The notes below the pieces were generated by a model. It had not been told where the DNA came from. It saw only the letters and a list, made by a program, of their open reading frames with translations, and ran no database searches. The position numbers and the translations under genes were made by a program. Shown in pieces: positions 27,818 through 37,729 of a stretch of DNA of 64,000 bases. This DNA comes from Woeseia sp. (GTDB lineage: Bacteria; Pseudomonadota; Gammaproteobacteria; Steroidobacterales; Woeseiaceae). The stretch lies in assembly GCA_040904985.1 (NCBI GenBank), contig JBBDSK010000271.1, positions 486 to 64,485 on the forward strand, written 5' to 3'. Within the stretch, counting starts at the first letter, position 1. The number at the start of each line of letters is the position of its first letter.

Positions 27818-28456
27818 TCATGCGCTTTGGTCGGCCGTTCGTTCCTGCAGTTCCCTCAGCATCTCGTCGGGCGGAACGTAAAACGGATTCTCCTGCAGGA
27901 TACCGCCGACGATCACCATCGGATGCGTCCGCATGATGTCCATGACGACATGCGCGTCGAACCGGGTCAGATCGTAGGTGCAGATGACGGGATCGTGATA
28001 ATCCGGCAGCACATAGTTCAGGCGGCTTTCGTACTCCACGATGTCGTGTACGCCGGGTAAGTCTTCCAGCGCCCATCCCATGTTGGCGACCAGCCGGGTC
28101 AGTTTGCCGGGCGGCTTCCGTGCAGGATCCAGTGCCTCCTTGATGGTGGCGATCATCCGGTGCTGCTCGAAATAGTCGTCCTTGAGGTAGGCCTCCTGCC
28201 AGCGACGGACCTCGAGTTGGCCGCTGGCCTCGGCCTCGCCGACGTCTATACCCTCCCGCTCCAGGCGCTGCAGGTGGTAGTGCCGGCAATCCGGGTCGAC
28301 GATGTGGAAGGCCCGATCGCCCCGCTCGAAGCCGTCCTTGATGAACGGCATCAACACGCGATATTCCTCCTCCCTCGAGTGGAAGAAGGCGCAAATATGG
28401 CGGGAGCGGTTGAGGAGCGCGCCTGCCAGCCGCACAGGTTCTGTCGCTTCGGTCAT
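27818..28456 (-). CDS. MEDS-domain protein (DcmR-like sensory domain)
   Basis: 212 aa: HICAFFHSREEEYRVLMPFIKDGFERGDRAFHIV ... VICTYDLTRFDAHVVMDIMRTHP. It ends 19 nt upstream of the kinase start, with AGGAGAA before its ATG. Confidence 0.75.
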   Translation of the reverse strand: MTEATEPVRLAGALLNRSRHICAFFHSREEEYRVLMPFIKDGFERGDRAFHIVDPDCRHYHLQRLEREGIDVGEAEASGQLEVRRWQEAYLKDDYFEQHRMIATIKEALDPARKPPGKLTRLVANMGWALEDLPGVHDIVEYESRLNYVLPDYHDPVICTYDLTRFDAHVVMDIMRTHPMVIVGGILQENPFYVPPDEMLRELQERTADQSA

Positions 28457-28687
28457 AAAACGTTCTCCTGATCTGAGGATTTGTACTTTCTACCCCCCTT
28501 TCCGGCCGTGCCTGAACCAGATACGCTCATTGATGTCGGGTTATGCGATCCCCGACTGGTTGTAGTCTCGCATATTGCCATTGACGAGCGGTTCAGGCTC
28601 GCGGGGATTATAATTAGACGGGAAAAGAGCCTGTCACCATCGATCCTGACCGATCGGTGCAATTTTCAGTGAAAAGAGGGACTTGCC

Positions 28688-29125
28688 ATGACACATAAGT
28701 ATGCCGGGGGCTGCGAGCATGTCCATACCCATGCCGACAACGATCCGATAGACGTCCACACCTGCCACTGCTCCGTCTGCAAACGCGTAACCGGGCAGGA
28801 AGATACCCACGTCGTTTTCTTTAAACATGGCGATTTGAAGGTGGACGATCCCGGTAATCTGAACCGTCAGCCGTTTAACGATCAAAATCCGGACGGGCCG
28901 CTGGAGCTTTGCACATGCGCGACCTGCGGCACGCCCATCATGCTGGATGACAAACAAAGGCGCATCCGGGCCATCGTGCCCAACCTGATGGGACACGATG
29001 CGGAGAAGATGCCGGCGACGTACCACGCGTTTTTTGACGCGGCCGCCGGTGCTCCGGCCCCGAAGGACGGCCGGCCAGTCTATGAGGGCTTGCGTCCTGA
29101 TTTTGCCTGGCCGACTCCTGCCTAG
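28688..29125 (+). CDS. GFA (glutathione-dependent formaldehyde-activating / CENP-V) family protein
   Basis: Zinc-binding Cys pattern: GGCEHVH...CHCSVCKR...CTCATCGTP. Confidence 0.8.
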   Translation: MTHKYAGGCEHVHTHADNDPIDVHTCHCSVCKRVTGQEDTHVVFFKHGDLKVDDPGNLNRQPFNDQNPDGPLELCTCATCGTPIMLDDKQRRIRAIVPNLMGHDAEKMPATYHAFFDAAAGAPAPKDGRPVYEGLRPDFAWPTPA

Positions 29126-29205
29126 GCTCATCCGCCAGACACGGACCGGTCATCGGGCTCACCCGTACAGGGTGAGCCCTGGCGTCTGAACAACCGGCAT
29201 CTCCA

Positions 29206-29883
29206 ATGCGTATCAACGCCGATTTTTCCCAAAGAGTCGTCGTCTTGCCGGAAGACTACGGGTGGGTTGCCTCACCGATGCCGGGAGTCGAGCGCATGAT
29301 GCTCGATCGAATCGGCGACGAAGTCGCCCGTGCCACGTCGCTTGTGCGGTATGGCCCCAACAGCACATTTGCCCCGCATGTCCACGGCGGTGGCGAAGAG
29401 TTCCTCGTGCTGGAAGGCAAGTTCGGCGACGAACATAAAACCTATCCGGCCGGCACCTATGTCCGGAATCCGATCGGCAGCAGTCACTCCCCCCGTGTCG
29501 GAGATTCGGGCTCCACGATCTTCGTCAAGCTGCATCAGTTCGACCCGGAGGACGACGCCTCTGTGGTCGTCGACACGCGCAATGCAGAGTGGTTGCCCTG
29601 GTTGTCGCAGGGCAGCCCCGGTATCGAAATCGTGCCGCTGCATCAGTTTCGAAAGGAACGCGTGCTACTGATGCGCTGGGCACCCGACACGCCGTGGAGC
29701 GAACACAGCCACGACGGTGGCGAGGAAGTTTTTGTCATCGAAGGCAGCTTCAGCGACGAACATGGCCGTTATCCGGCCGGCACCTGGCTGCGCTATCCCG
29801 ACGGCAGCAATCACAACGCCTTTACCGGCAGCGAGGGAGCAGTCCTTTATCTAAAGGCCGGGCACTTGCCGTCTGCGATGTAG
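29206..29883 (+). CDS. ChrR-like double cupin protein
   Basis: Two cupin repeats: PHVHGGGEEFLVLEGKFGDEHKTYPAGTYVRNP and EHSHDGGEEVFVIEGSFSDEHGRYPAGTWLRYP. Confidence 0.75.
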   Translation: MRINADFSQRVVVLPEDYGWVASPMPGVERMMLDRIGDEVARATSLVRYGPNSTFAPHVHGGGEEFLVLEGKFGDEHKTYPAGTYVRNPIGSSHSPRVGDSGSTIFVKLHQFDPEDDASVVVDTRNAEWLPWLSQGSPGIEIVPLHQFRKERVLLMRWAPDTPWSEHSHDGGEEVFVIEGSFSDEHGRYPAGTWLRYPDGSNHNAFTGSEGAVLYLKAGHLPSAM

Positions 29884-29913
29884 GGCTCGAACTCGAGGAC
29901 GGGCTCGCACGCT

Positions 29914-32364
29914 TCAGCGTAGCCTGGCCGCAATTCCGCTTAAAGTCTCCGCCAGCCCCACTCGCCGCTTCGTCGTGACGGCGTCACCTTTGCCTTCATC
30001 GAGGCGTCCCGCCAGCGATTCCAGCGTGGCCGCCAGTTGTGCGTCGCGCCCGCCGTTCCCGAGCCGGGTTGCCGCACTTTCCAGCGCCGCGTTCAGCTCC
30101 GCTGCGGTCGACGCCGGCAGCGTACTGTTGCGCTCCAGCTGATCGAGGTACGCCCGGGCGACGACCGGCTCGGCCGGCCAGGTGACGGGGAATTGCTGCT
30201 GCGGATTGAACCGTGCGCCCTGGTCGGCCATGGCCGCCGCGGCGATTTCGTTTTCGCTCAGGTGGTCGCCGGGAGTGAGCGCCAGTACGTCAAGGCCGCG
30301 CATGGTCTCGGTGCCGTAAATCTTTCCCTTGTACCAATAGGTCGACCAGTAGCCGCCAAAGACCAGGTCCTCGGCGTCGATGGGACCGCGGTCGAAGTAA
30401 GCAATCTCGACCGGGTTCTCCGAGTCGGTGAAGTCGATCACCGAGATGCCGCCCTGGTACCAGGCCTGGACAAAAATGTCGCGGCCGGGAACCGGCACAA
30501 TGGAGCCATTGTGCGCCACGCAGTTTTCCTGCTCGACCTGCGGAGCCGGCAGCTTGAAGTGGCTGCGAAACTTTAGCTGGTTGTCGACAATGTCGTAGAT
30601 CGCGTTTGCGCCCCAGGTGAGGGGATCGTAGGCGCGGCAGCGGGGCCGGCTGCCGCCGCCCCACTCGTCGGTGAACAGGACCTTGCTGCCATCGTTGTTG
30701 AACGTCGCCGAGTGCCAGTAAGCAAAACCTTCGTCGACGACCACGTCGATGCGCTGCGGGTTCAGTGGATCGCCGATATCGAAAATGATGCCGTTGCCCG
30801 AGCACGCTCCGGCGGCTATGCCGCGCTCCGGAAACACGGTGATGTCATGGCATTGATCGGTCCGGCTCGTTTCCTGTGTATCGTCTCCGTGATCGCCGCC
30901 GCGCCACAGTCCGGCCATGGTGCCCTTTTTCGGATCAGCGAAGACGGCGGGGCTGTCGACGATGCGCGCGCTGCCGGGATCGTCGACAGGGACTTCGATG
31001 ACGTCGATGCGGAACAGCGCAGTTCGCTGGTCGCCGGGGACTTCGCCGATACAGCCTTCCATCTCTTCCTCGTCGCGAACGTTCGAGGTGCCGGAGTTGT
31101 AAACGATTATCTTGCCGTTTTCATCCGGGCCCGCGACAACCGAATGCGTGTGCGAGCCACGACAGGTCTGCACCGCGCCAACCTGTACCGGCCGTTTCAG
31201 GTCGCTGATGTTGAAGATACGAAGCCCGCGGAAGCGCTCGGGACTGACGTTCCCGGTTACGCCCTGCAGGCCGCAGTCGAGCCGTCCGCGCGTCTCCTGC
31301 GCCGACATAAACAGGAGATTCCCGACAATGGAAACATCGCCCTGGCCGCCCGGGCAGACCACGGAGCTCTGGAGCTCCGGCAGACCGTCTTCCTCCAGGC
31401 GGTAGAGATTGAAGCCGTGATAGCTGCCAACAGCCATGACGTCGCGGGAAAAGGCGATGTCGGTGTTCGAGAAGCTCAAGAGCGGTGCGCGCTCCTCCTC
31501 GTCTTCCGGCTTCTTCGGATCTGGTTCGTCCTCCGCCTGCCCAGCGGAGCCGTCCCCGCTCGCCTGCAAGAGACTCGGCGGCAGCTCTGCCGGGTTCTGT
31601 GGGTCGAAGAACCCCGCCGGCCTGGGTAACGACCCCAGCAGTTGCATGTTCCGGATCGCCTGGCCGGCGTCATGGAGTCCGGCTTTGAGACCCGCGCGCG
31701 GATCGGTCGACGAACCGACCAGAAGCGCATTCATCCGCTCGATCTCGGAGGTCTGGTCGTTGGTAACCTCCGTCGTGAACTCGAACAGCACCGTGTCGTA
31801 CGCCGAACCCGGTTGCTCGAGGAGATCCTCGACCATCCTCACCGCACCCTCGTGGTGGGCAATCATCAGTTCGAGGAACAGTTGGTCAAACTCCGCGCCG
31901 TTCGATCGGGCGAGTTCTGCCATCTGTTCCGCCGTCGCCATGCCGGCCATCACGTGACCGGTGTGCATGGCTTCGTGCGCGGACGGCTCCGGAACGCGCT
32001 CGCCACGCTCGCGCAACCAATTCTTCATGAAGGCGATCTCGTCCCCTTGCGAGGCGCTGATGCGGCCTGCCAGGTCGATCAACTCCGGCCGATTCGTGCG
32101 ATCCGGCACCAGAGCAGCCATCTGCATGGCCTGATGATGGTGCGGGATCATGTCCTGCATAAACCGTGCATCGGCCGGCGAGTAGCTCGTATTGGCAATC
32201 TTGACGGCTTCTTCGGAGCTGAGCGTCCTCGACGATTCGCCGGGGGCACCGGGCTGGACGATCGGGGCTTCTTCGGCCATCGCTATGCCCGCCTGACCCA
32301 TCAGAATCACGCCCGGGATCAGGCCGCGGAGAAGCCTAACGACGTAGGCAGGGATCGCGTTCAT
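29914..32364 (-). CDS. Secreted DUF305 (four-helix, His-rich) domain fused to a C-terminal LVIVD-type beta-propeller
   Basis: Trimmed to ATG 32364 (MNAIPAYVV..., AGGAG upstream). DUF305 halves: ARFMQDMIPHHHQAMQM and DQLFLELMIAHHEGAVRM. Acidic linker: AEDEPDPKKPEDEEE. Then ~520 aa of repeat-rich sequence (for example GNLLFMS, GLRIFNISD, GIIFDIGD, GISVIDFTD). Confidence 0.75.
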   Translation of the reverse strand: MNAIPAYVVRLLRGLIPGVILMGQAGIAMAEEAPIVQPGAPGESSRTLSSEEAVKIANTSYSPADARFMQDMIPHHHQAMQMAALVPDRTNRPELIDLAGRISASQGDEIAFMKNWLRERGERVPEPSAHEAMHTGHVMAGMATAEQMAELARSNGAEFDQLFLELMIAHHEGAVRMVEDLLEQPGSAYDTVLFEFTTEVTNDQTSEIERMNALLVGSSTDPRAGLKAGLHDAGQAIRNMQLLGSLPRPAGFFDPQNPAELPPSLLQASGDGSAGQAEDEPDPKKPEDEEERAPLLSFSNTDIAFSRDVMAVGSYHGFNLYRLEEDGLPELQSSVVCPGGQGDVSIVGNLLFMSAQETRGRLDCGLQGVTGNVSPERFRGLRIFNISDLKRPVQVGAVQTCRGSHTHSVVAGPDENGKIIVYNSGTSNVRDEEEMEGCIGEVPGDQRTALFRIDVIEVPVDDPGSARIVDSPAVFADPKKGTMAGLWRGGDHGDDTQETSRTDQCHDITVFPERGIAAGACSGNGIIFDIGDPLNPQRIDVVVDEGFAYWHSATFNNDGSKVLFTDEWGGGSRPRCRAYDPLTWGANAIYDIVDNQLKFRSHFKLPAPQVEQENCVAHNGSIVPVPGRDIFVQAWYQGGISVIDFTDSENPVEIAYFDRGPIDAEDLVFGGYWSTYWYKGKIYGTETMRGLDVLALTPGDHLSENEIAAAAMADQGARFNPQQQFPVTWPAEPVVARAYLDQLERNSTLPASTAAELNAALESAATRLGNGGRDAQLAATLESLAGRLDEGKGDAVTTKRRVGLAETLSGIAARLR

Positions 32365-32724
32365 GTTGTTGCTCCTGTGCAGAGAGTGTTCCTGACCGGT
32401 AGCCCGGTCGTTACCGTTCGTCCTTGCCCTCAACTCGGAGCTTCAGCATCGAGGATTGAATTAAGAGGATTTGTACAGATGAACCATTTCGATTTTATGA
32501 CATTCCAGGCATCAGCATGAAAGAACGCTGCACAATATGGAAGCTGTGGCGTGTCGCGCGGACGGGCGCGAAGCGGCCTTCTGGATTCGGGGGCTTCAGG
32601 GGGAAAAAGCGCCCGATAGACGCCTGCTTCTGATGGATCATCGTTTCATCTGTTACCATGAAACAGTTGGGCTGCAAATGGGTGGAGCAGAGGCAGGTGT
32701 TTTCTTGTTTTGCGCGACCCGGTT

Positions 32725-32847
32725 ATGAGCAGAACGTTCTCCTCCAGGCTTCAGGAACTCTGCAGCCGCGCCGAGACCGTCGCAGAGGATGTACTTGCGC
32801 CTAACGCGGCCGACGTAGATGCCACCTTCAGCTGGCCAACTCGGTGA
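32725..32847 (+). pseudogene. N-terminal 40-codon fragment resembling an acyl-CoA dehydrogenase-family protein
   Basis: Manual translation: MSRTFSSRLQELCSRAETVAEDVLAPNAADVDATFSWPTR*. This is the typical ACAD N-terminal helix pattern (...L.P.A..VD....WP). It ends where it collides with the opposing antiporter fragment. Confidence 0.4.
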
Positions 32848-33037
32848 TGATCTCCAGCAGTGCAGAATGTTCGAGCGGGTTGAAGTGAAACTGATTGGCG
32901 AACGAGGGACCAAGCACCGCCCCCACACAGAGGTAAATTATGGCCGTCGACAACGGCAGTCTTTTAATGCGAGCGGCCGTCAGTGCCATGAATAGCAGCA
33001 CTGCACCAATTATCACAAACCACGTTGCGTTCGACAT
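32828..33037 (-). pseudogene. N-terminal ~65-codon fragment of a cation:proton antiporter (CPA1-type)
   Basis: MSNATWFVIIGAVLLFMALTAARIKRLPLSTAIIYLCVGAVLGP...FNPLEHSALLEIITELAS*. This matches the recalled N-terminus of 400-600 aa Na+/H+ exchangers. Here it stops after TM2. Confidence 0.65.
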
Positions 33038-33155
33038 ATAAAACACAGCCCGCATGCACAAATTGCGCCAAAGGAGTCATTCGAACCGGCGGCGCTCGCA
33101 GCGGCGCCCTCGCGTTGGGAAAGAGTACAAGGCGACAGCAAGCTTTACAGAGGAT

Positions 33156-33198
33156 AAAGGGGACAGATCTATTTTCGAAAAATAGATCTGTCCCCTTT
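33156..33198. terminator. Perfect 19-bp-stem hairpin downstream of the GGDEF gene
   Basis: AAAGGGGACAGATCTATTT-tcgaa-AAATAGATCTGTCCCCTTT, located 10 nt after the stop at 33208. It is A/T-flanked on both sides, so it could terminate in either direction. Confidence 0.6.
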
Positions 33199-33207
33199 AC
33201 CCCGGAA

Positions 33208-34449
33208 TCAGGAGTTGGCCGCGGCACTGTTGCGCGAGCCGGGCAAGGAGTTTGTCGAGAACACGCCGGTGATTAGCAGATTGTAGTCCTCCTCCTCCTT
33301 CAGCTCGACGCGATCCCGGCCGCGAACCTTTGCCTCGTAAAGCGCTTGATCCGCAAGCTGTAGCGCGCCTCGAGGGCCGCGACCGGCGGTCGGAGCAAGC
33401 GCCGCGACGCCCACGCTGATGGTCACCCTCCGGGAAACTCCATCACGCTGCTCGATAGCCAGCTCGGCCACCGCGCGTCGCATGCGATCCCCAATCCGGG
33501 CGGCTTCCTGGCTTTCGATGTCGTTGAGCACCATGGCGAATTCCTCACCTCCGTAACGCGCCAGCACATCGAGAGGACGGCCGGCAAACCTCTGCAGCGT
33601 ATCTGCGACCCGACGCAGCGCGCGATCACCGGCCTGGTGCCCGTAGCGATCGTTGTATTCCTTGAAATGGTCGACGTCGATCAGCAGGACGGCGATGCTG
33701 CGGCCGTCTTCGATCGACCGCTGCCACAGGCTGGCGAGGTGCTCGTCAAACATGCGGCGGTTCTTGGTTCCCGTCAGCGCATCGTGCTCCGCGAACTCCT
33801 CGATAAGGCGGCCTTCGAGGAAGCTCTTGCGCGAACTTTCGTCGATGTGTCGTCTTGCGATAGCGCAGGAGACGGCGACCATCAGCAAAAGTGCGCAAGC
33901 GTAGGCGATCACAGGAAGTCCCAGCCCGAAGACTGCGGCAGAGACGACAAAGGACGCGATCGTGACCGCGACCGAGAGCAGTGCCACGCGCGCGGGTAGC
34001 CCGAGCAAGAAGAACGGCCCCACCACCATGAGCGGCAGGACCATGAGCGTTTCCAACTGCCCGTACGCAGCGATCCTGGCAATGAAGACCGCCGCGAGCG
34101 CGTTCCGCACGGGGACAACGATCTGAGCCAGCGGCAGATAAAGGCGCAGGAACAGGGGACTGCAGGCGACCGAGGCGAGCACGACAGAGGCCATGAACAC
34201 CACCACCATCTGAAGCAGATAGCCGTGACTCAGGTAGCCTTCGAGGAAATTTCTTAGGGCCGCAAAGAACGACAGCAACGCGCCAAGCACACAGGTCACC
34301 CTGATCAGTGCCAGGTTCTCCGAGAGACGCGAGCGAACGTACTCCTGCTCGAGGTGCCGGCCGAAGCTCCGGCCTGCAACGCCACGTCGCAGCTCCGCGG
34401 CATACGGCGAATCCGGGAAGGCGTTAAGGTTGGTTCGGTGCACGGACAT
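33208..34449 (-). CDS. Membrane-bound diguanylate cyclase (GGDEF)
   Basis: About 6 N-terminal TM spans. Motifs: DALTGTKNRRMFDE, DVDHFKEYNDRYGHQAGD, ARYGGEEFAMVL. Confidence 0.9.
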   Translation of the reverse strand: MSVHRTNLNAFPDSPYAAELRRGVAGRSFGRHLEQEYVRSRLSENLALIRVTCVLGALLSFFAALRNFLEGYLSHGYLLQMVVVFMASVVLASVACSPLFLRLYLPLAQIVVPVRNALAAVFIARIAAYGQLETLMVLPLMVVGPFFLLGLPARVALLSVAVTIASFVVSAAVFGLGLPVIAYACALLLMVAVSCAIARRHIDESSRKSFLEGRLIEEFAEHDALTGTKNRRMFDEHLASLWQRSIEDGRSIAVLLIDVDHFKEYNDRYGHQAGDRALRRVADTLQRFAGRPLDVLARYGGEEFAMVLNDIESQEAARIGDRMRRAVAELAIEQRDGVSRRVTISVGVAALAPTAGRGPRGALQLADQALYEAKVRGRDRVELKEEEDYNLLITGVFSTNSLPGSRNSAAANS

Positions 34450-34569
34450 AATCGCCGCCCAGCATAAGACCTGGCCCGGACAGGCGATGTGACCGACTAC
34501 GCGAAACCTGGGCAGCAGGCCCCGCTGAAGCTCGCCGCGGGCAAGGACCCAGACCCTCCTGAATTGGTT

Positions 34570-35889
34570 TTACGTCTCCGGAAGATCCAGATCGCGCAGT
34601 CGGTACATGAGAACCGCTGCGCGCCTGGTCTGGCTCCCCAACGTGGCCAGATCGGCGGTCTCCGCTTCGGTATGTCCTCCCTCGCCCATGAGCCCCAGCC
34701 CGTCCAGCGCCATGACGACCCGGCCGGCGGTGAAGGAAATGTCCGCAGCGCCCGCGGCGCCGGGGTCCACGGCAGTCACCGCGCCCAATCCCAAGTCGCG
34801 GCTGGCCTGATCGTACAGCGATAGCAGGCGCCGGTTGCCATCCGTCGGGGCGAGCGGCGGGTATCCGTCCGTGAACTCGATATCCGCCGACGTGCCGGGC
34901 AGATGTCGTGACACGATGTCTTCCATGCGGGATCTGGCGGAGGTGAGCTGATCCAGGGTGAGCGTGCGCAGATCGCCGGTCACCACACCATGCTCCGCAA
35001 TGACATTCGCCTTGCCAAAGGCATCGCCGGCGGAACGGGAATCGTCGTAATCCACCCGGGTACCGATCAGCCCGATGCCGGGATTGAAGGTCAGGTAGCG
35101 TTCTCCGGTCAGCTCGCGGCGGAACCCGTCCAGTATGCGAGCCGCCTCAAACGCCGCGCCGTCACCGATCTCGTCGCGGAATATCAGGGAGGAGTGAGCG
35201 GGTGTGCCGGATACCGTGAGCCGCCAATCGGTATATCCCCGCCGCGCGATGACGGCTGTCTCCGGGTTGCCGTCGCCGTCCTCAAAGCCGAGCGCTACGT
35301 CGGCGGCATCCGCCGCTTCCAGCAGTACCCGCCGCGCCTCGGACAGCGGGCTGCCGGACGATTCTTCGTCGCCTGTCATCACCACCGTGATCTGCAGGTC
35401 AGAGAGGGCGCCTACTGCCTTCAACGCCGCCAGGGCTTCGACAATGATCACGTTGCCACCTTTCATATCGATAATGCCAGGCCCTTTCGCCCGGTCCGCG
35501 CCGAGGCGCTCAAAATGCTGGAACGGGCTGTCGGGCTCGAATACCGTGTCCAGGTGGCCTATGAGCAGCAGGTGCGGCCCGCTTCCGGGATGCCGGGCGA
35601 CCAGGTGGCCCGCACGATCGAAATCCGCACCGTCCACCCAACTGACCTCGAACGCCAGTTCGGCGAGAGCCTTTCCGAACAGCTCCCCGACCTGTTTCAC
35701 TCCAGCGGGATTCATGGTGCCGCTGTTGATTTCTACGGCTTGCTGCAGCAGGGCCATGGCTTCCGACTGCCGGGTGTCGACCACCTCGGCCAGCTGCTGC
35801 TCCGTGTCCGACAGCGCTGCTCCGTCGGCGGCGCAGGCAAGGAAAACGGCCAATATGACGACAGCCGGCAGGCTTCGAGCTTCAGGCAT
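34570..35889 (-). CDS. M20-family carboxypeptidase (glutamate carboxypeptidase / CPG2-like), secreted
   Basis: Signal peptide, then LLLIGHLDTVF, GPGIIDMKGG, VVMTGDEESSG, GGHTE. Confidence 0.85.
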   Translation of the reverse strand: MPEARSLPAVVILAVFLACAADGAALSDTEQQLAEVVDTRQSEAMALLQQAVEINSGTMNPAGVKQVGELFGKALAELAFEVSWVDGADFDRAGHLVARHPGSGPHLLLIGHLDTVFEPDSPFQHFERLGADRAKGPGIIDMKGGNVIIVEALAALKAVGALSDLQITVVMTGDEESSGSPLSEARRVLLEAADAADVALGFEDGDGNPETAVIARRGYTDWRLTVSGTPAHSSLIFRDEIGDGAAFEAARILDGFRRELTGERYLTFNPGIGLIGTRVDYDDSRSAGDAFGKANVIAEHGVVTGDLRTLTLDQLTSARSRMEDIVSRHLPGTSADIEFTDGYPPLAPTDGNRRLLSLYDQASRDLGLGAVTAVDPGAAGAADISFTAGRVVMALDGLGLMGEGGHTEAETADLATLGSQTRRAAVLMYRLRDLDLPET

Positions 35890-35904
35890 GTTTATTTCTC
35901 CTCG

Positions 35905-37572
35905 TTAGTTGGCGTCCATGATCTCGCGGATATAGGAGTCGTCACCGGTCAGCTGCCACTGGATCAGCGACGTGGGCACGCTTCCTGCCTCGTTGAACTC
36001 CCTGAAGAACTCCTTGAGTTCAAACTCGATGCCTTCCTCCTCGAGCTGCCGCGAGCGATAGGCGACCAGCTTTTCCAGCAGGTATTTGCCGGTCACATAG
36101 CTGGTGCCGTAGCCGGGTTGCCGCAGGTATAGCTGCTGCTCGAACTTCATCAGTTCCGGCTCATTGCCCATCCAACCGCGCGGCGTCCACTTGACGTGCA
36201 CGGTGCCGGCCTCCGCCATTGTCATATCGTTTGAGTGAGCGTAGAGGGAGCCCAGCCCGCGTGCCGCCCGCTGCGCCAGCATGATCCACACGAGTTCACG
36301 CGAGCGCGGGGTATCGTCGTACAACCCTGCGTGCATGAACATCTCTTCCACCCCGGTGGCCGTACCTTCGTTACGACTGTCGAAGATGTTGTACAAACGG
36401 GGCGCGCTTCTGATCGAGCTTTCATGCGGCTCCTGTTCCATCTGCGCCAGGTCGAACCAGTGGTAGAAATGCGAGTACAGCGGCCGTGGATCATAGTGCG
36501 TAACGATCGAAAAGAAGTTGCGCATCTCTAGCGGAACGAACGTTGACAGGTGCTCGCGCAAGGCCGGTTCGTGATAGCTCTTGACCGGCATGATGTCGTT
36601 GTTCTCGAGCCAGCGCATGAAGCTCCTTGCGGTCTCGTCCGCGAGGCGGTTCATGCTCGCCTCGTCCTTCGCAGCCACCTGCTCTGGCAAGTTGCGATTG
36701 CGATGCTCCTCGAGCTTCAACGATGACCATGCGCGATCCAGCTCGCGGCGTAACAGGAGCACCTCGTCATCCCAGGTCATAGGGACGTAGTGCACCTGCT
36801 GCAGGTACCAGTTGTAATTTTCCTTGCCAATGCCCGACGGCCCGGTCTTCGACGGCGCCTCCTTCTGCAGCCAGCGTATCAGGTCGTCCGTGGCGGCCTG
36901 CGCCGCGCGGACCGCCCGGACCAAATCACGACTCGCCGATGAGCCTACTGTGGATTCGATCGTATCGAGGTGCTCGCGCTGGTCCTCTATGTTGTTGATG
37001 CCGGCGATCCAGAGATCGCGCGCATTTCCGGACAGATTTCGCTGCGCTTGCTTCATCAAAGGCGGGATGACCTGCAGATCATTGAGCATCCGCCGCTCTT
37101 CACTCCGGGACAGCGGAAAGCTGTACGTCCAGAGCTCAAGAACCGCGTGGTGCGTGGGGCCCTCGTGCGCAGGTACGTCGCTCCTGTGCGTCCATATGGA
37201 CTGGTAGAACGCGGGATCGCGAACCCATGGCTGCAACACCCGATGGTTGAAGTCGAAGCCGTTCATCTCGGCGCGCACGATGTGCCAGTCGACCTGCTCG
37301 CTGATCGGCCAGGCGCCAATATCGAACGACTCCAGGCGCTGCTTGAATTTGCCGAACTCCTTATACGCCGCCGCAAATCGCTCCCTGGTGTAGTCAGGAG
37401 CGCCGTCGCGCATGGGTGGGCTTTCGAATTCCCGCCAGTCCTCGAATAATTGCAGCAAGTCGTCGTAGGACTTCTCCGCGTCTTGCGCCTGCGCCGGCAT
37501 AATCAGGGTAAATGTGGCCAGCATTAACGCCGCCAGTGCGTTTGTGGAACCGCGCCGATCGTTCTCCAGCAT
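35905..37572 (-). CDS. DUF885 family protein, secreted
   Basis: Segments: [18 protein letters not shown]; [15 protein letters not shown]; [19 protein letters not shown]; and the C-terminal [15 protein letters not shown]. The start is ambiguous (ATG 37578 or 37572). I chose 37572 because GGAAGG lies 7 nt upstream. Confidence 0.8.
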   Translation of the reverse strand: MLENDRRGSTNALAALMLATFTLIMPAQAQDAEKSYDDLLQLFEDWREFESPPMRDGAPDYTRERFAAAYKEFGKFKQRLESFDIGAWPISEQVDWHIVRAEMNGFDFNHRVLQPWVRDPAFYQSIWTHRSDVPAHEGPTHHAVLELWTYSFPLSRSEERRMLNDLQVIPPLMKQAQRNLSGNARDLWIAGINNIEDQREHLDTIESTVGSSASRDLVRAVRAAQAATDDLIRWLQKEAPSKTGPSGIGKENYNWYLQQVHYVPMTWDDEVLLLRRELDRAWSSLKLEEHRNRNLPEQVAAKDEASMNRLADETARSFMRWLENNDIMPVKSYHEPALREHLSTFVPLEMRNFFSIVTHYDPRPLYSHFYHWFDLAQMEQEPHESSIRSAPRLYNIFDSRNEGTATGVEEMFMHAGLYDDTPRSRELVWIMLAQRAARGLGSLYAHSNDMTMAEAGTVHVKWTPRGWMGNEPELMKFEQQLYLRQPGYGTSYVTGKYLLEKLVAYRSRQLEEEGIEFELKEFFREFNEAGSVPTSLIQWQLTGDDSYIREIMDAN

Positions 37573-37729
37573 ACCCATACCTTCCCCGGTTTCGAACCGC
37601 CAGCATATTTTGCACCTGCTGGAAGCCGCCGTCATCGTCATCTATATTGGCGCCCTGGCCGACGGCCATTGTCCGCCGTCGGTTCATCTGTTTGAATCCA
37701 CCGAAGCGCCTGCCCGGAAGTCCGATCCT

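Noticed and set aside
28475-28486. 12-mer GAGGATTTGTAC shared by the leader of the MEDS gene (28475-28486) and the leader of the DUF305-LVIVD gene (32465-32476).
   Set aside because: In a 64-kb window on two strands, on the order of a hundred or more exact 12-mer coincidences are expected by chance. The distances to the start codons also differ (about 20 nt versus 100 nt). This is not enough for a shared regulatory site.
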